This document shows positions 1-10,144 of a DNA stretch of 64,000 bases, piece by piece (positions within the stretch are counted from its first letter, which is position 1; the number at the start of each line of letters is the position of its first letter). Where the stretch lies: IMG/VR virus record IMGVR_UViG_3300026382_000002, positions 1 through 64,000 of that record. One strand, written 5' to 3'. Both the position numbers and the translations under genes were made by a program. Origin of the DNA: a virus. The notes under the pieces are model-generated. The model saw nothing but the letters and a program-made list of their open reading frames with translations. It ran no database searches and was not told where the DNA came from.

Positions 1-81
1 TTTATTTTTACTCCTATAGTTTTAGATATGTAAAAGTTTAGATTGAAAATATTGATTTGATTTATCTTTTTACCTATATTA

Positions 82-89
82 TGTATAAT
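82..89 (+). promoter_or_regulatory. -10-like box TGTATAAT upstream of the 96-bp repeat block
   Basis: TATAAT at 84-89 is directly preceded by TG. What follows is the repeat block and hairpin 317-343, not an SD-led gene. Confidence 0.3.
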
Positions 90-124
90 GTTTGATGCGA
101 TAAAAGCTATTGAATTTATTTTAT

Positions 125-331
125 CACCGTTATTTGATGTGCTATTATCACTAATCTTTTCTTTTAAGATAAAAATATTGGACGAGACATTGAAGTTGCT
201 AAAATTAATCAACTTTAACACAGTACCATTTGATTTGTTACAATCACTAATCTTTTCTTTCAGGAGAAAAATATTGGACGAGACATTGAAGTTGCTAAAA
301 TTAATCAACTTTAACACAGGACCGTTTGATA
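125..331. repeat. Tandem direct repeat, 96-bp period, about 2.1 copies
   Basis: Copy A (147-242) and copy B (243-~331) align at a fixed 96-nt offset with only a few substitutions. A partial copy lies at 125-146. Confidence 0.85.
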
Positions 332-353
332 TTAAAGGTCCTGCGATGTTTTT
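317..353 (+). terminator. Hairpin plus T-run; also lies 28 nt downstream of the minus-strand tail spike gene
   Basis: Stem CAGGACC (317-323) pairs with GGTCCTG (337-343) around a 13-nt loop. A T-run follows at 349-353 on the plus strand. Confidence 0.45.
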
Positions 354-370
354 ATCTATATCCATCTATT

Positions 371-2389
371 TTAACTCCAGTCAGGTTTTAAATCAACATA
401 AATATTAGAAGGAACTCCGTCTAGTTTTTTAGGAAACGCTTGTAAAACTAATTGAATATCAACATCTTTGTCGTGTGTTGGCATATCGAAGGTTATCTTA
501 TACGACTTATATCCTTCATATAAGCCACTCCACTCTTCTGAACTTTGTTCCACATTAGTAATATTAGAGTTGTAAGTATAACCGTTGTCATCTATTATGT
601 AGCTTATGCTTGCAATGTATTCATATAATTCAGGGGACGTGTTTTGAGAGGCTAGATATATTGTTAATTTTGACTTATTTGCGGGCTTAACAAAAGATAA
701 TCTTTCCAAAGAAAATCCTTCTATGCCATTGTTTGAACTTAAAGATATTGAACCGTTACTACCATTAACCCTTATTATATTAGAAGCTTTTACAGTGTTG
801 TTGTTTGTTATTTTTGCGTAAGGCATAGGGTCGTCGTTTGATAAACATGAAAAAAGCTCTATTTTTCCATCCACATAAGAAGGCAAAGCTGATGTTTTTG
901 AGTTTCTAATTGTTGCATTCATCTTTGTGCTTAAAGAAGCTGTTACATTTGAAGCGTCTATGGTGCTATAAGGGTAATCACCGCTAACATTTCCTCCATT
1001 AATGATTATGTTGTCAAAATGGTTTGAGCCTTCAATGGTGCAGTCAAACAATGAATATATGTTTTTACTTGATGCATCTGTGTTATTTCCCAGCAAATGA
1101 AAAGTTGAATTTCTTGCTATTAAAAATATGTTTCTTACTTGATGAATTACATAATCTTTTAAGGATGAGTTTTTGATATTTATAAAAGTATATTGTGATA
1201 AACTTCCATGCTGATAATTTGAATAAACCAAGTTTGACGCCACTATAGAACAATTGTTTATTATGAATTTTTGAGTGTATATATTTATATCACTGTCGTA
1301 ATAGATAACACTTCTCCCACAATTAATGTCACAAGAATCAAAAAAGATATCTCCAACTGCTGAATTAGCACCATTTGTATAATTATTAGTAACATATAAA
1401 ACATCGTTTTTCGCTTCTAATTTGCAATTAATGAAGCTAACATCTGTTTTATAATCGTACCCAACATCACTATAATGTACCGCAGCTATCAAAGAAGTGG
1501 AATTTGATTTGATATATGAATCAGTAAATTTAGCAGTTAATTTATATCTGCTTCTAAAATAGAGAAATTCATATAAACTAATGCTAGATATTTTTTCAAC
1601 GTTTAAGTTTAATTTAGCATAATTATAGTTATCTTCATCGAAATAAAAAACCCTGGTTTTAATGTTTATACTATCACCATTTGTGTATATATTGTGGTTT
1701 GTTGCAGAAGCTCTCCAGTACCATATTGCATATCCTTGGTCTGTACCAGAGTACTCGTTTCTTTCAGATGTGAAGTTAAACGTAACTTCAGACCAAGTCA
1801 CATCATCTTTACAGCCGAAAAGCATACCGTCAAACGTGATTTTAGAATCTGTAACTTTTAAATTGGTTGTTCCGCTAGTTTCATCAATTCTATGAAAGGA
1901 AATAAAGCTATCACCATCACCATTTCTTTGATGGTTTATGACACAATTGTTAATTTCTATATCACTAATACTGAACATTATAGCGTAATCAGTTCCATCA
2001 TCGCTTGTCTCAAAATTTATATTAAACATTTTAAACACGTTTTCACTTGTTGTTTTCATGTTAATTGAATTTTCTAAAGTTATTTTAGCTTTTGTATTGT
2101 CGTCATCATCCCAGCCTGCATCTGTTCCAGCTGTAGGCCTCTCACTATAGTATGGCTCTCCTTCCTGTGGCCACCCTATAATTATTCTGTTAGGGTTTGC
2201 GGTTAAATCTATTGTGTCTCCACTTATTTTTGCCTCTGTATTTCTTCTCATATAAATAAGGGCTGGAGAATCGACACTAGATTGGTCTGCTGTTAATTCA
2301 ACAAAAGGGCTTGCCCATGCTTTATCTGGCGTTGTACCGTCATTGTCGTTTGAACCGTTTACGGGGTCTACAAAAAAAATGTTAGCCAT
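371..2389 (-). CDS. Tail spike / receptor-binding protein, predicted right-handed beta-helix
   Basis: 672-aa ORF. The N-terminus MANIFFVDPVNGSNDNDGTTPDKAWASP resembles the typical start of pectate-lyase-fold beta-helix proteins. The body is N/S/T-rich and periodic. SD AAAAAAGGA lies upstream of the ATG. Confidence 0.55.
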   Translation of the reverse strand: MANIFFVDPVNGSNDNDGTTPDKAWASPFVELTADQSSVDSPALIYMRRNTEAKISGDTIDLTANPNRIIIGWPQEGEPYYSERPTAGTDAGWDDDDNTKAKITLENSINMKTTSENVFKMFNINFETSDDGTDYAIMFSISDIEINNCVINHQRNGDGDSFISFHRIDETSGTTNLKVTDSKITFDGMLFGCKDDVTWSEVTFNFTSERNEYSGTDQGYAIWYWRASATNHNIYTNGDSINIKTRVFYFDEDNYNYAKLNLNVEKISSISLYEFLYFRSRYKLTAKFTDSYIKSNSTSLIAAVHYSDVGYDYKTDVSFINCKLEAKNDVLYVTNNYTNGANSAVGDIFFDSCDINCGRSVIYYDSDINIYTQKFIINNCSIVASNLVYSNYQHGSLSQYTFINIKNSSLKDYVIHQVRNIFLIARNSTFHLLGNNTDASSKNIYSLFDCTIEGSNHFDNIIINGGNVSGDYPYSTIDASNVTASLSTKMNATIRNSKTSALPSYVDGKIELFSCLSNDDPMPYAKITNNNTVKASNIIRVNGSNGSISLSSNNGIEGFSLERLSFVKPANKSKLTIYLASQNTSPELYEYIASISYIIDDNGYTYNSNITNVEQSSEEWSGLYEGYKSYKITFDMPTHDKDVDIQLVLQAFPKKLDGVPSNIYVDLKPDWS

Positions 2390-2409
2390 TTGTTATCCTT
2401 TTTTAGAGA

Positions 2410-2418
2410 ATTGTAACA
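2410..2418 (-). promoter_or_regulatory. Extended -10 promoter-like box (TGTTACAAT)
   Basis: The reverse complement reads TATGTTACAAT. The hexamer ends 20 nt upstream of ATG 2389, with SD AAAAAAGGA between them. Confidence 0.5.
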
Positions 2419-2431
2419 TATTTTTTACATA

Positions 2432-2842
2432 TTACCTAACTTCATATTTTACCTGAATAACATTAAAATCACCAGTTAGCTTTATAGTGTCCCCATTGTT
2501 ATAAGGTATATCAATCTGTTCGTATTGAAACAATATTAACGGGTCATTGTCGTTATAAATAATTTCGGAATTTGATTCAGAAATATTTTTAATTGTTATC
2601 AGGTTTGCATCGCTTTCTACTTCCACATCAGTTTCTTTTGCACCTTCAAATTTTTGTATTTTAAGCACTTTGTTAAACACTGGCGCAGAGGAATACAACT
2701 CTTTTAAATAAAGAAAAGACTTTAATATGTTTTCAGCGTTTGCCAACAATTGGTCATACGGAAGAGTCTCGTTGTCTGTTTCTTCTAAGGTAACATCTTC
2801 CTGTATTGTGTTATCAAATGGTGTTTTAACTACATTTGCCAT
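2432..2842 (-). CDS. Hypothetical protein, tandem paralog of 2844..3272
   Basis: 136-aa ORF. The N-terminal half aligns with its neighbour: MANVVKTPFDNTIQEDV...LANAENILKSFLYLKELY versus MAEVIKTQFDGTIEQDV...LANAENVYKSFLYLRKMY. Confidence 0.6.
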   Translation of the reverse strand: MANVVKTPFDNTIQEDVTLEETDNETLPYDQLLANAENILKSFLYLKELYSSAPVFNKVLKIQKFEGAKETDVEVESDANLITIKNISESNSEIIYNDNDPLILFQYEQIDIPYNNGDTIKLTGDFNVIQVKYEVR

Positions 2843-2843
2843 A

Positions 2844-3272
2844 TCAGAACTCCTGGACTATGGTAAATCTTGCGCTAACTGAACCCTTAACTTCAATCGC
2901 ATCACCTGTTGTTTCATCTGTTGTTGCTGTAATTGGTATTGTCTCTCTTTCTCCAGGCATTATTGTATATTCTGAGCCATTTATTTTTATATATGCTAGA
3001 GAATCTTCTGAATAATTTTTGATAGTTATTCTGTTTGCGTATTTTGGAACAGATACTGCAGTATAATCAGAATACGTTCCTGTAAAAGCTCCAGCTGTTT
3101 GTTCAACTTGAGGGAACATTGAATACATCTTTCTAAGATACAAGAAAGATTTGTATACATTTTCTGCGTTTGCCAATGTTGTTTCAACTGCAGGCGGTTT
3201 GCCATCTATGTACTCTAATTGAACGTCTTGCTCAATTGTGCCATCAAATTGTGTTTTTATCACTTCAGCCAT
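2844..3272 (-). CDS. Hypothetical protein, tandem paralog of 2432..2842
   Basis: 142-aa ORF with SD GGAG upstream. It is paralogous to the adjacent 136-aa ORF. Confidence 0.6.
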   Translation of the reverse strand: MAEVIKTQFDGTIEQDVQLEYIDGKPPAVETTLANAENVYKSFLYLRKMYSMFPQVEQTAGAFTGTYSDYTAVSVPKYANRITIKNYSEDSLAYIKINGSEYTIMPGERETIPITATTDETTGDAIEVKGSVSARFTIVQEF

Positions 3273-3275
3273 TAG

Positions 3276-5018
3276 TTACTCCTTATCTATATTTGTATCA
3301 GAATCAACAAGCATCTTATCGTTGGTATTAAGTATGTCTTTTACGATAACAGACATTTCATTGTCTGTTTTAATTATTTGGGCTTCAATTTCCACAGTTA
3401 AAGTTTCAAAACTATTAGTATTGTATACAGATACATCTTCTTTGTCAATATTAAAGGTTTTTAACTCACCATTGAACTCTATATAATTATGTGATGTAAT
3501 AGATGTTTCCATTTTATCACAAACGTTCGAACTGTTCATAATTGTTAACGATGAATTTTTTATGTTTTTTTCATTTACATCAATGTTTTCTTTCAGAATA
3601 GAGGTGATAATTTGCGAATCTGATTGTGACATCATGTAGTCTGTTATATGTGAGACTATTGTTTCTTTCTCGGTTTCAATAGGTTTAATCGTGGTTTTAT
3701 TCTCAACACTTATACTAACTTGGTCATTAAACAAATCACTACTATCTACTACAAAGACATAATTAAGTTCTTTTTCCAATGAGGTAACTATATTAAAATC
3801 TTTAAGAGTCGATTTTTTTGAATCGTTATAATTAAGGGAAACATTTTGCTGTGTTAAATATAGCGTTGAATCGGATTCTTTGTGATTATATACCTCATTT
3901 TCTTTTTTGACTGAAGATATATAGTAAAGCTCATTATATTCTGCCGATTCATTGTTGGTGATTTTACTTTTAGCGTTTTCGCTGAAATTAATTTGAGAGT
4001 TTTCATTGTAATAATCGACTGTTAGAGAATGTTTTTCAGACACATTAACTATATAATAGCTGTTCAATATGTTTTTTGAATTTTCCGCATATTCGGCGTT
4101 TGCTTTATCTAACTTTGAAGAAATGCTCTCTGCAAATATTATTTTTAAGTTTTTAAACACATAAGAAACATCTTTCAATATATCACTGTTTCCAGAAGCT
4201 ATTTCTATTGGTATGTTTATATATATTAAATTGTTAGCTAAAGTTTTGGATATTGTGTCTGCATATAATTTATTGTTAAAAGATTTTATTTTGTTTAATT
4301 TGATGTGGTTTATGTTGTATTTTATTGCCCCATCATTTACTGAACATAATTTAACTACTGGTTCACAAAAATTTAATTTGGTTCCTATTTCTGGATAGGA
4401 TACGGCGGTTTCGAATTCATAACCATTTTTGTCAGTTTCAATGTAATTTTCATGAACTTTTAATACCGTCTCACCATTAGGGGATAAGCAATATGGCGCT
4501 CCTAAGATTATAGACACCATATCTGTGATGAATTTTTTATTATCTGGATTAAATAGTAATATTTTATTCACGATAGCTTTAGCAAAATGAGAAACAGACA
4601 TTTTTTTAATAGATTCTGTTAGCTCCATTATAAAATTTACATCGCCATTTCTAACAATGTAACACAATCCATTACTTACTCTATAAGTATTTGCCTGTTT
4701 TATTATTTTTGCGCTATCTGTATAAAAACTACCGTCAAAAGGAGACACTATTCCATAGTAGTCAGTTATTTGGTTATTGTAAATATCATAGAACTTTATA
4801 TTATTTTTTACGTCAATCTTAAACAATCCTATCGATATTTTTATTTTATTTCCATATTTTAACAATTGTCCATATATTGACTTTGACGTCTCATTAAACA
4901 TATTCTGTATTATGGAAGATGTGTAATTGTTTTGAACAATGTCCGAATGTTTTAAAACATAAGCGTGCAAGTAATAATCACCTATCATTCTAAGATATAA
5001 AGTACTATCAACCCTCAT
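3276..5018 (-). CDS. Hypothetical virion (tail fibre/baseplate module) protein
   Basis: 580-aa ORF, tightly packed in the same operon as the tail spike. No recognisable motif. Confidence 0.5.
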   Translation of the reverse strand: MRVDSTLYLRMIGDYYLHAYVLKHSDIVQNNYTSSIIQNMFNETSKSIYGQLLKYGNKIKISIGLFKIDVKNNIKFYDIYNNQITDYYGIVSPFDGSFYTDSAKIIKQANTYRVSNGLCYIVRNGDVNFIMELTESIKKMSVSHFAKAIVNKILLFNPDNKKFITDMVSIILGAPYCLSPNGETVLKVHENYIETDKNGYEFETAVSYPEIGTKLNFCEPVVKLCSVNDGAIKYNINHIKLNKIKSFNNKLYADTISKTLANNLIYINIPIEIASGNSDILKDVSYVFKNLKIIFAESISSKLDKANAEYAENSKNILNSYYIVNVSEKHSLTVDYYNENSQINFSENAKSKITNNESAEYNELYYISSVKKENEVYNHKESDSTLYLTQQNVSLNYNDSKKSTLKDFNIVTSLEKELNYVFVVDSSDLFNDQVSISVENKTTIKPIETEKETIVSHITDYMMSQSDSQIITSILKENIDVNEKNIKNSSLTIMNSSNVCDKMETSITSHNYIEFNGELKTFNIDKEDVSVYNTNSFETLTVEIEAQIIKTDNEMSVIVKDILNTNDKMLVDSDTNIDKE

Positions 5019-6273
5019 TTGTAACTCTCACATCATTTATTATTAATGCTACAGTGTTCTCAGACAACTGTTCAAGTGGAAAATTTATATCTTTATTCAA
5101 ATCGTTTACTGTTATTGGAAAAACAATATCTTTTTTGTATTTAATTCCTGGAGCTAAGTATAATTCAGAATCGACATTTGTAGAGCATAGACCGTCGGAG
5201 TAATACTTTCTTACAATTGCGTTCAAGTCAACAAGGTTTATATCTATGGAGAAATTTTTGCTTTTGTTGTATTGTTTTATTTCAGAAAACATTTTATTGT
5301 TTTTCTCTTCGTCTATAGGCAACTCAGTATAAACATCTATATTTACTAGTAAAGGAAAAAAAGCTTTATAAATTAAATTGCTTGTATTTATAACATCTTC
5401 TATATCCGGTATTGACGGTATATTGAAATAAGTAACTTGGACTTGTTCCGTATTTTCGCCATTTGTAATAAAGATTTTAAGAGGCCTATTTGTTATGCCA
5501 TACATAAAAGAAACATCGGAATTGTCTATGGCAATTTCTTTAGTGTCATGCTTTACATTTATGTAAAATTTACTTGGCAATATATAAGTTCCATTTACCT
5601 CTTTGTTCACATATATTATATCTGTTTTTATATCAGATAATAGATAAACATCTATAAAATTTGGAAGAGATATTGTTCCGTTATTCACAGCAAGCATATA
5701 CCTGTCAATATCTTTTCTTGAGAATGAATTACCAATAATTGACAATTGGTTTGTTTCGTTTTTAACAAAATTGTTTACCATTGTGTCAGGAAGTTGCACA
5801 ATAGGAATTCTGTTTCTTACCATTTCTTTAGAGTTCGAATCTGAAATATATATCTTTATTATCTCGTTAACAGATGATATTATATTATTTATAACTGGAG
5901 TCTTAAAATTGAACCAATTGTTTCTAATAAAGTACAATAGCTCTTGATACAAAGACTTCCAGTCTTTTGAAATAGGGGTTAAATTATTGTTGTAAGCATA
6001 TTTGACTAAAGCGTTATATTTGTCTTCGTCGCTTAAATTTGAATTAACTATTCCATCTATTGAACTTAATGATTGTATCGAATTCTTTTCTATTTCTGAA
6101 TAAAGCAATATGGCAACTATAGGTCTAACAACAAAATCCATTGTATTTTCATTAGATAGGTCTATCTCAGGATATTTTTCAGCTATTTCTTTTTTTACCT
6201 TCTCAGTGGCTAATTCAATTATTTCTTCATCTATATTTTTATAGGCTTCCAATATAGTTGCAATTTGATACAT
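5008..6273 (-). CDS. Hypothetical virion (baseplate module) protein
   Basis: 421-aa ORF whose 3' end overlaps the next gene by 11 nt. It is the first gene after promoter-like box 6299-6307. Confidence 0.5.
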   Translation of the reverse strand: MYQIATILEAYKNIDEEIIELATEKVKKEIAEKYPEIDLSNENTMDFVVRPIVAILLYSEIEKNSIQSLSSIDGIVNSNLSDEDKYNALVKYAYNNNLTPISKDWKSLYQELLYFIRNNWFNFKTPVINNIISSVNEIIKIYISDSNSKEMVRNRIPIVQLPDTMVNNFVKNETNQLSIIGNSFSRKDIDRYMLAVNNGTISLPNFIDVYLLSDIKTDIIYVNKEVNGTYILPSKFYINVKHDTKEIAIDNSDVSFMYGITNRPLKIFITNGENTEQVQVTYFNIPSIPDIEDVINTSNLIYKAFFPLLVNIDVYTELPIDEEKNNKMFSEIKQYNKSKNFSIDINLVDLNAIVRKYYSDGLCSTNVDSELYLAPGIKYKKDIVFPITVNDLNKDINFPLEQLSENTVALIINDVRVTNEG

Positions 6274-6298
6274 GTGGCCTCTTTATGTTTTTGGGTAA

Positions 6299-6307
6299 AT
6301 TATAACA
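6299..6307 (-). promoter_or_regulatory. Extended -10 promoter-like box (TGTTATAAT)
   Basis: The reverse complement of ATTATAACA is TGTTATAAT. It lies 25 nt upstream of ATG 6273. Confidence 0.5.
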
Positions 6308-6313
6308 AATTTT

Positions 6314-6322
6314 TGTTATAAT
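6314..6322 (+). promoter_or_regulatory. Extended -10 promoter-like box (TGTTATAAT)
   Basis: TTTTTGTTATAAT sits 19 nt upstream of GTG 6342, with SD AAAAAAGG between. It lies back-to-back with the box at 6299-6307. Confidence 0.5.
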
Positions 6323-6341
6323 TCACAAAAAAGGTATTGTT

Positions 6342-9300
6342 GTGCTACGAGAACCGTTTTTATATACAGACACTGTTTCCTTTTATAATAACAACTTACC
6401 GTTTGAAATCTTACATAGTAACAATATATTATTAGTTCAACTGTCTAATAACATAACAAACAATCTGTCTATAGAACAAGGTTTTTTGTTTGGTAAAAAC
6501 GTAGAAACAAATGGTATAAATGGTTTGTTTAATATAAACAAAACCCTGTTAGGGAACAACATAAATATTGAAAATTTTGACCATGCTATTTTAAAGCCTT
6601 TAAAAATATATAAAACACAGGCAGTCGATAATAATAAAAACACTCCTTTGACAACTGGCGAGATTATTTCATATATGGAGCAAAACGGGTATATAAGAAA
6701 ACAAATGGTAATCAATGATATATTTTATTTATCAAATGTACCAAATAGTAACTTATTAACTTTTGATTATGCAAATAAATATGGTTTTAAAAAAGGTATA
6801 GACATAACTCTTGATACTGTTAGTATTGTATTCAATTTAAAAGATAATACAGATAATTATTTGACACCTGTTAATTTTTTACTCTCTAATTATCTATCTA
6901 AAACTGGTATATATTCGTTAAATGTGAACGATGATAATATTGAGAGCGTTACATCATCTAGTAGCTCTATTGATAGAGTGAATTTTGATGGATATTTAAC
7001 ATCAGATGAGGATAATTTTGTAAGCAAAATTAATGAAGTAAAAACTAAAGCACCTAGCAAGAAAAATGTATCAAGCTTATTTATATCAAATCCTTCACTC
7101 AACTCACCTGTAAATAAAAAAGAATATCTGTCTAAAACAAAAGATTATATATCTATTACAGAAAAAACAGTTAACAATATAAAAATATTTAGAAATAAGG
7201 AAATAGAGGACAACGATGTTATAACTATAGATGAAGCTTCTGTTATAGCTAAAGAAATAATACAAAAAACAACTTCCTTATCTTTTAAGACTTTAGAAGA
7301 GTTTGAAAAATTTTATGAAAATATCTGTTCTTCAATCGAATATGTGAAAAAAGATTTAACAATTCCGTCAGACAAAGGATATGTTGCGTCTTACTACAAT
7401 CAAACTTCAACTGTTATAAACCATAAATCATTTAAAAGATTACTATCTCAAGAAGGAAAAGTGGACAACGTTTCTTATGCTGTGGATAAAAGTTCTAATT
7501 ATTTTAATTCTATCCTAAACACAAGCGATAGAGGTAAGTTTATTAAGATAGCCCAGTCAATAGGAGTGGAAATTGACTTTGTAAGGGATAAATTTGGTTC
7601 AATATTTAACAAACTATGTTCTTTAATTGTTACTCTATCATATCCGTCAGCAGAAGATTTAAAATTAATATCAGACATTGATTATGCTAAACCTATATAC
7701 GTTAATTCTTTTATTGTTATCAATCCAAACATACAATACATAATAAAAAATATGTCTACTTATGATTTTGTATATCCTGTATATGTTAGAATTGGGACAT
7801 ATTTTATAATTTCAAATCCTATAATTTCAAGAACAGTAAAATCAAATCTCTATTACAATTTTACAGTACCATTATATACGGATTTCGAAAATGATTTAAA
7901 TATACTTTCATATTCATTGTCTTATATGTCAAAAAATACACAAATGGTTCCATTTGTTCCGGCGAAATATATAAATACTTGTTTATTTGATGATTTGTTA
8001 TTTATACCAACAACAGAAGATGAAAAATTATGGGTTAAGACAAAGTGTGTTTCGTCAGCTGTAAATAAATATTCCATTTTGCATTCTAATAGAGCTATAA
8101 ACGGAACAGAGTTAAGTAAAATTTACAAATCTGTCTTATCTGGGATGGATAAAGAAATATACATGTGTAGAGATTGTCTTATATCAAAAGAATTTGCTGC
8201 TCTAATAGTGTCTTTTTATTTAATAAAACAAATAACAAACAAATACAGTATTCCAGTAAATATAGACTTGTCCAAAATTGTTAAAAAAATATATTCCAAT
8301 TATATAGCAACTGAAAGCAACAAAACTATCAGTGCAAACGATATATGCGGAATAACATCCACAAACCAAGGTGCTTTTATAGACAGTTTTATGTCTGTTA
8401 ATCCTATTGTTGTCTCAACAGCTAAAATTGATATAATAGATTGTCAAGATAGTGAGATAATCGAAAATGTTTCTGTTTCAATATCTGAATTTAAAATATC
8501 CGACAACAATATAGAAGAGATTGCTGATAAATTAGCTGATGATGTTTATAATTATTTTAATCAATTGAGTTTTAAAAATCTAAATGTAAATTTTGATATA
8601 TTAGATTGTAAAAATAATTGTCAAGAATGTAAGTCTCAGAAGTATATCTACACTGCATCTGAAGTGGTTAATGGAAAATTTGACTTAAGATACTCTTTTG
8701 ATGCGCTTTCAAAGCAAGCTATAGGAACTAGAAAAAATGATTACCCTTGTAACAATTCTATTGTCAATAATAAAATATCTTATTGGACATTTTTGTATAT
8801 AAAAGGAAAATACGGGGATAAGCCTACAAATTTAAAAGAACAGAAAAAGGGAATTAATTCTGATACGGTAGGGAAATTGTACTATATTGATGCTGATTTT
8901 ATAAACACAGAAACAAGTATTACACTAGATGAGCTGCAATTTTTCAATAAAAAAGAATATGGTTATATTGCTACTATAAAAGAGTTAGATAAATTTGTTT
9001 ATTATGACAGCGAAAGCGACATACTTTATTATACTCCAAATCTAACAATATCAGTTTCAAATGATTACCATGAAGATAAACCGTTTATAAAAATAAACAA
9101 TCTCAAAGTCTATACCAATACACTAAAACATACATCTTTATCTGTAATAGATACAAATGTGGATAGTTTTGATTTTGGTTTTATTTATGAGTTATTATAT
9201 GAGAAAGAATACACGTCTGATGTTGATGCATTAATAGGAAAAGGATTATCTGGAATGGTTTCATCTTCAAATCAAGAAACCCCAGTGTACAAAATACACA

Positions 9301-10142
9301 CTACTATAACTCCTGATTCTATAAAAGACATTTCAAGTGCTTATAATTCAAGCGGGGCAAATTTGAAAGACAAAGGCTCAATTGCGTCTCCTATTTGTGA
9401 ATATATTACAAATCCTAAAAATTCTTTTATTCCTGGTCATATAAAAATGAGAGCAAAGATTGACGCATTCATGGTTTCTTACGAAGCTGGAGAAAGAGTT
9501 ATAAAGGATATAGGTATTTTGTTACCGTTTTCGTTTGGTATAATTGATGGATACTTTAATGAAGATATAGGGGAATTGCTTTCCAATGGTTCAAGTCCAG
9601 AAGAAATAGATGAAATCTTAAACAATTATCAATTTAATGTTAAAAAATATATTTCTCCAGACAAATGGTATGATTTTATGTCTTTTACCAACATATCGTC
9701 CGATTCTATTCCTGAAAACAAAATAACTATAGATTTGAATGCATTGGTAAAAAAAATGAAAACTCTAAATGGTGACGAATTATTTTTCTCTAAAAGGGAT
9801 GGAACAAAAACACTTTTACGTGACGCAGATATAAAATATGGTAACCCTAAAACCTCTATTGACCCAGGTGTGTATATATCAGAGGTTAACATATTGTCGG
9901 ATGCGGTATATGCAAAAGCGGTAACTAAAAACAAATTTACGCCTATTGCCATATTATCATCAAATGACGGTTTTAAAATAACAAATGTTTTAAAAGAAAG
10001 TGATATTGATACGTATAAAGATGCTACTTACGTTGCTTATAATGATATAAGTAACTTGGTCACAACTATTTACCTATACAAAAAACCTTTGTATAATAAC
10101 GGAATATTTATGACGTTTAATCAAAATAACAAACAAGGATAA
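6342..10142 (+). CDS. Very large hypothetical protein (1266 aa), no recognisable domain
   Basis: Uninterrupted ORF with a GTG start after an SD. The portal candidate follows 2 nt downstream. Confidence 0.6.
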   Translation: MLREPFLYTDTVSFYNNNLPFEILHSNNILLVQLSNNITNNLSIEQGFLFGKNVETNGINGLFNINKTLLGNNINIENFDHAILKPLKIYKTQAVDNNKNTPLTTGEIISYMEQNGYIRKQMVINDIFYLSNVPNSNLLTFDYANKYGFKKGIDITLDTVSIVFNLKDNTDNYLTPVNFLLSNYLSKTGIYSLNVNDDNIESVTSSSSSIDRVNFDGYLTSDEDNFVSKINEVKTKAPSKKNVSSLFISNPSLNSPVNKKEYLSKTKDYISITEKTVNNIKIFRNKEIEDNDVITIDEASVIAKEIIQKTTSLSFKTLEEFEKFYENICSSIEYVKKDLTIPSDKGYVASYYNQTSTVINHKSFKRLLSQEGKVDNVSYAVDKSSNYFNSILNTSDRGKFIKIAQSIGVEIDFVRDKFGSIFNKLCSLIVTLSYPSAEDLKLISDIDYAKPIYVNSFIVINPNIQYIIKNMSTYDFVYPVYVRIGTYFIISNPIISRTVKSNLYYNFTVPLYTDFENDLNILSYSLSYMSKNTQMVPFVPAKYINTCLFDDLLFIPTTEDEKLWVKTKCVSSAVNKYSILHSNRAINGTELSKIYKSVLSGMDKEIYMCRDCLISKEFAALIVSFYLIKQITNKYSIPVNIDLSKIVKKIYSNYIATESNKTISANDICGITSTNQGAFIDSFMSVNPIVVSTAKIDIIDCQDSEIIENVSVSISEFKISDNNIEEIADKLADDVYNYFNQLSFKNLNVNFDILDCKNNCQECKSQKYIYTASEVVNGKFDLRYSFDALSKQAIGTRKNDYPCNNSIVNNKISYWTFLYIKGKYGDKPTNLKEQKKGINSDTVGKLYYIDADFINTETSITLDELQFFNKKEYGYIATIKELDKFVYYDSESDILYYTPNLTISVSNDYHEDKPFIKINNLKVYTNTLKHTSLSVIDTNVDSFDFGFIYELLYEKEYTSDVDALIGKGLSGMVSSSNQETPVYKIHTTITPDSIKDISSAYNSSGANLKDKGSIASPICEYITNPKNSFIPGHIKMRAKIDAFMVSYEAGERVIKDIGILLPFSFGIIDGYFNEDIGELLSNGSSPEEIDEILNNYQFNVKKYISPDKWYDFMSFTNISSDSIPENKITIDLNALVKKMKTLNGDELFFSKRDGTKTLLRDADIKYGNPKTSIDPGVYISEVNILSDAVYAKAVTKNKFTPIAILSSNDGFKITNVLKESDIDTYKDATYVAYNDISNLVTTIYLYKKPLYNNGIFMTFNQNNKQG

Positions 10143-10144
10143 AC

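Noticed and set aside
88-408. 106-aa plus-strand ORF at the window start
   Set aside because: It has no SD. Its sequence is just the 96-bp tandem repeat translated twice, and its 3' end overlaps the tail spike gene. I treat it as non-coding repeat sequence.
4395-4425. tRNA-like GGTTTCGAATTC string
   Set aside because: It lies inside CDS 3276..5018. No acceptor or anticodon arms can be drawn. I found no convincing tRNA anywhere in the window.
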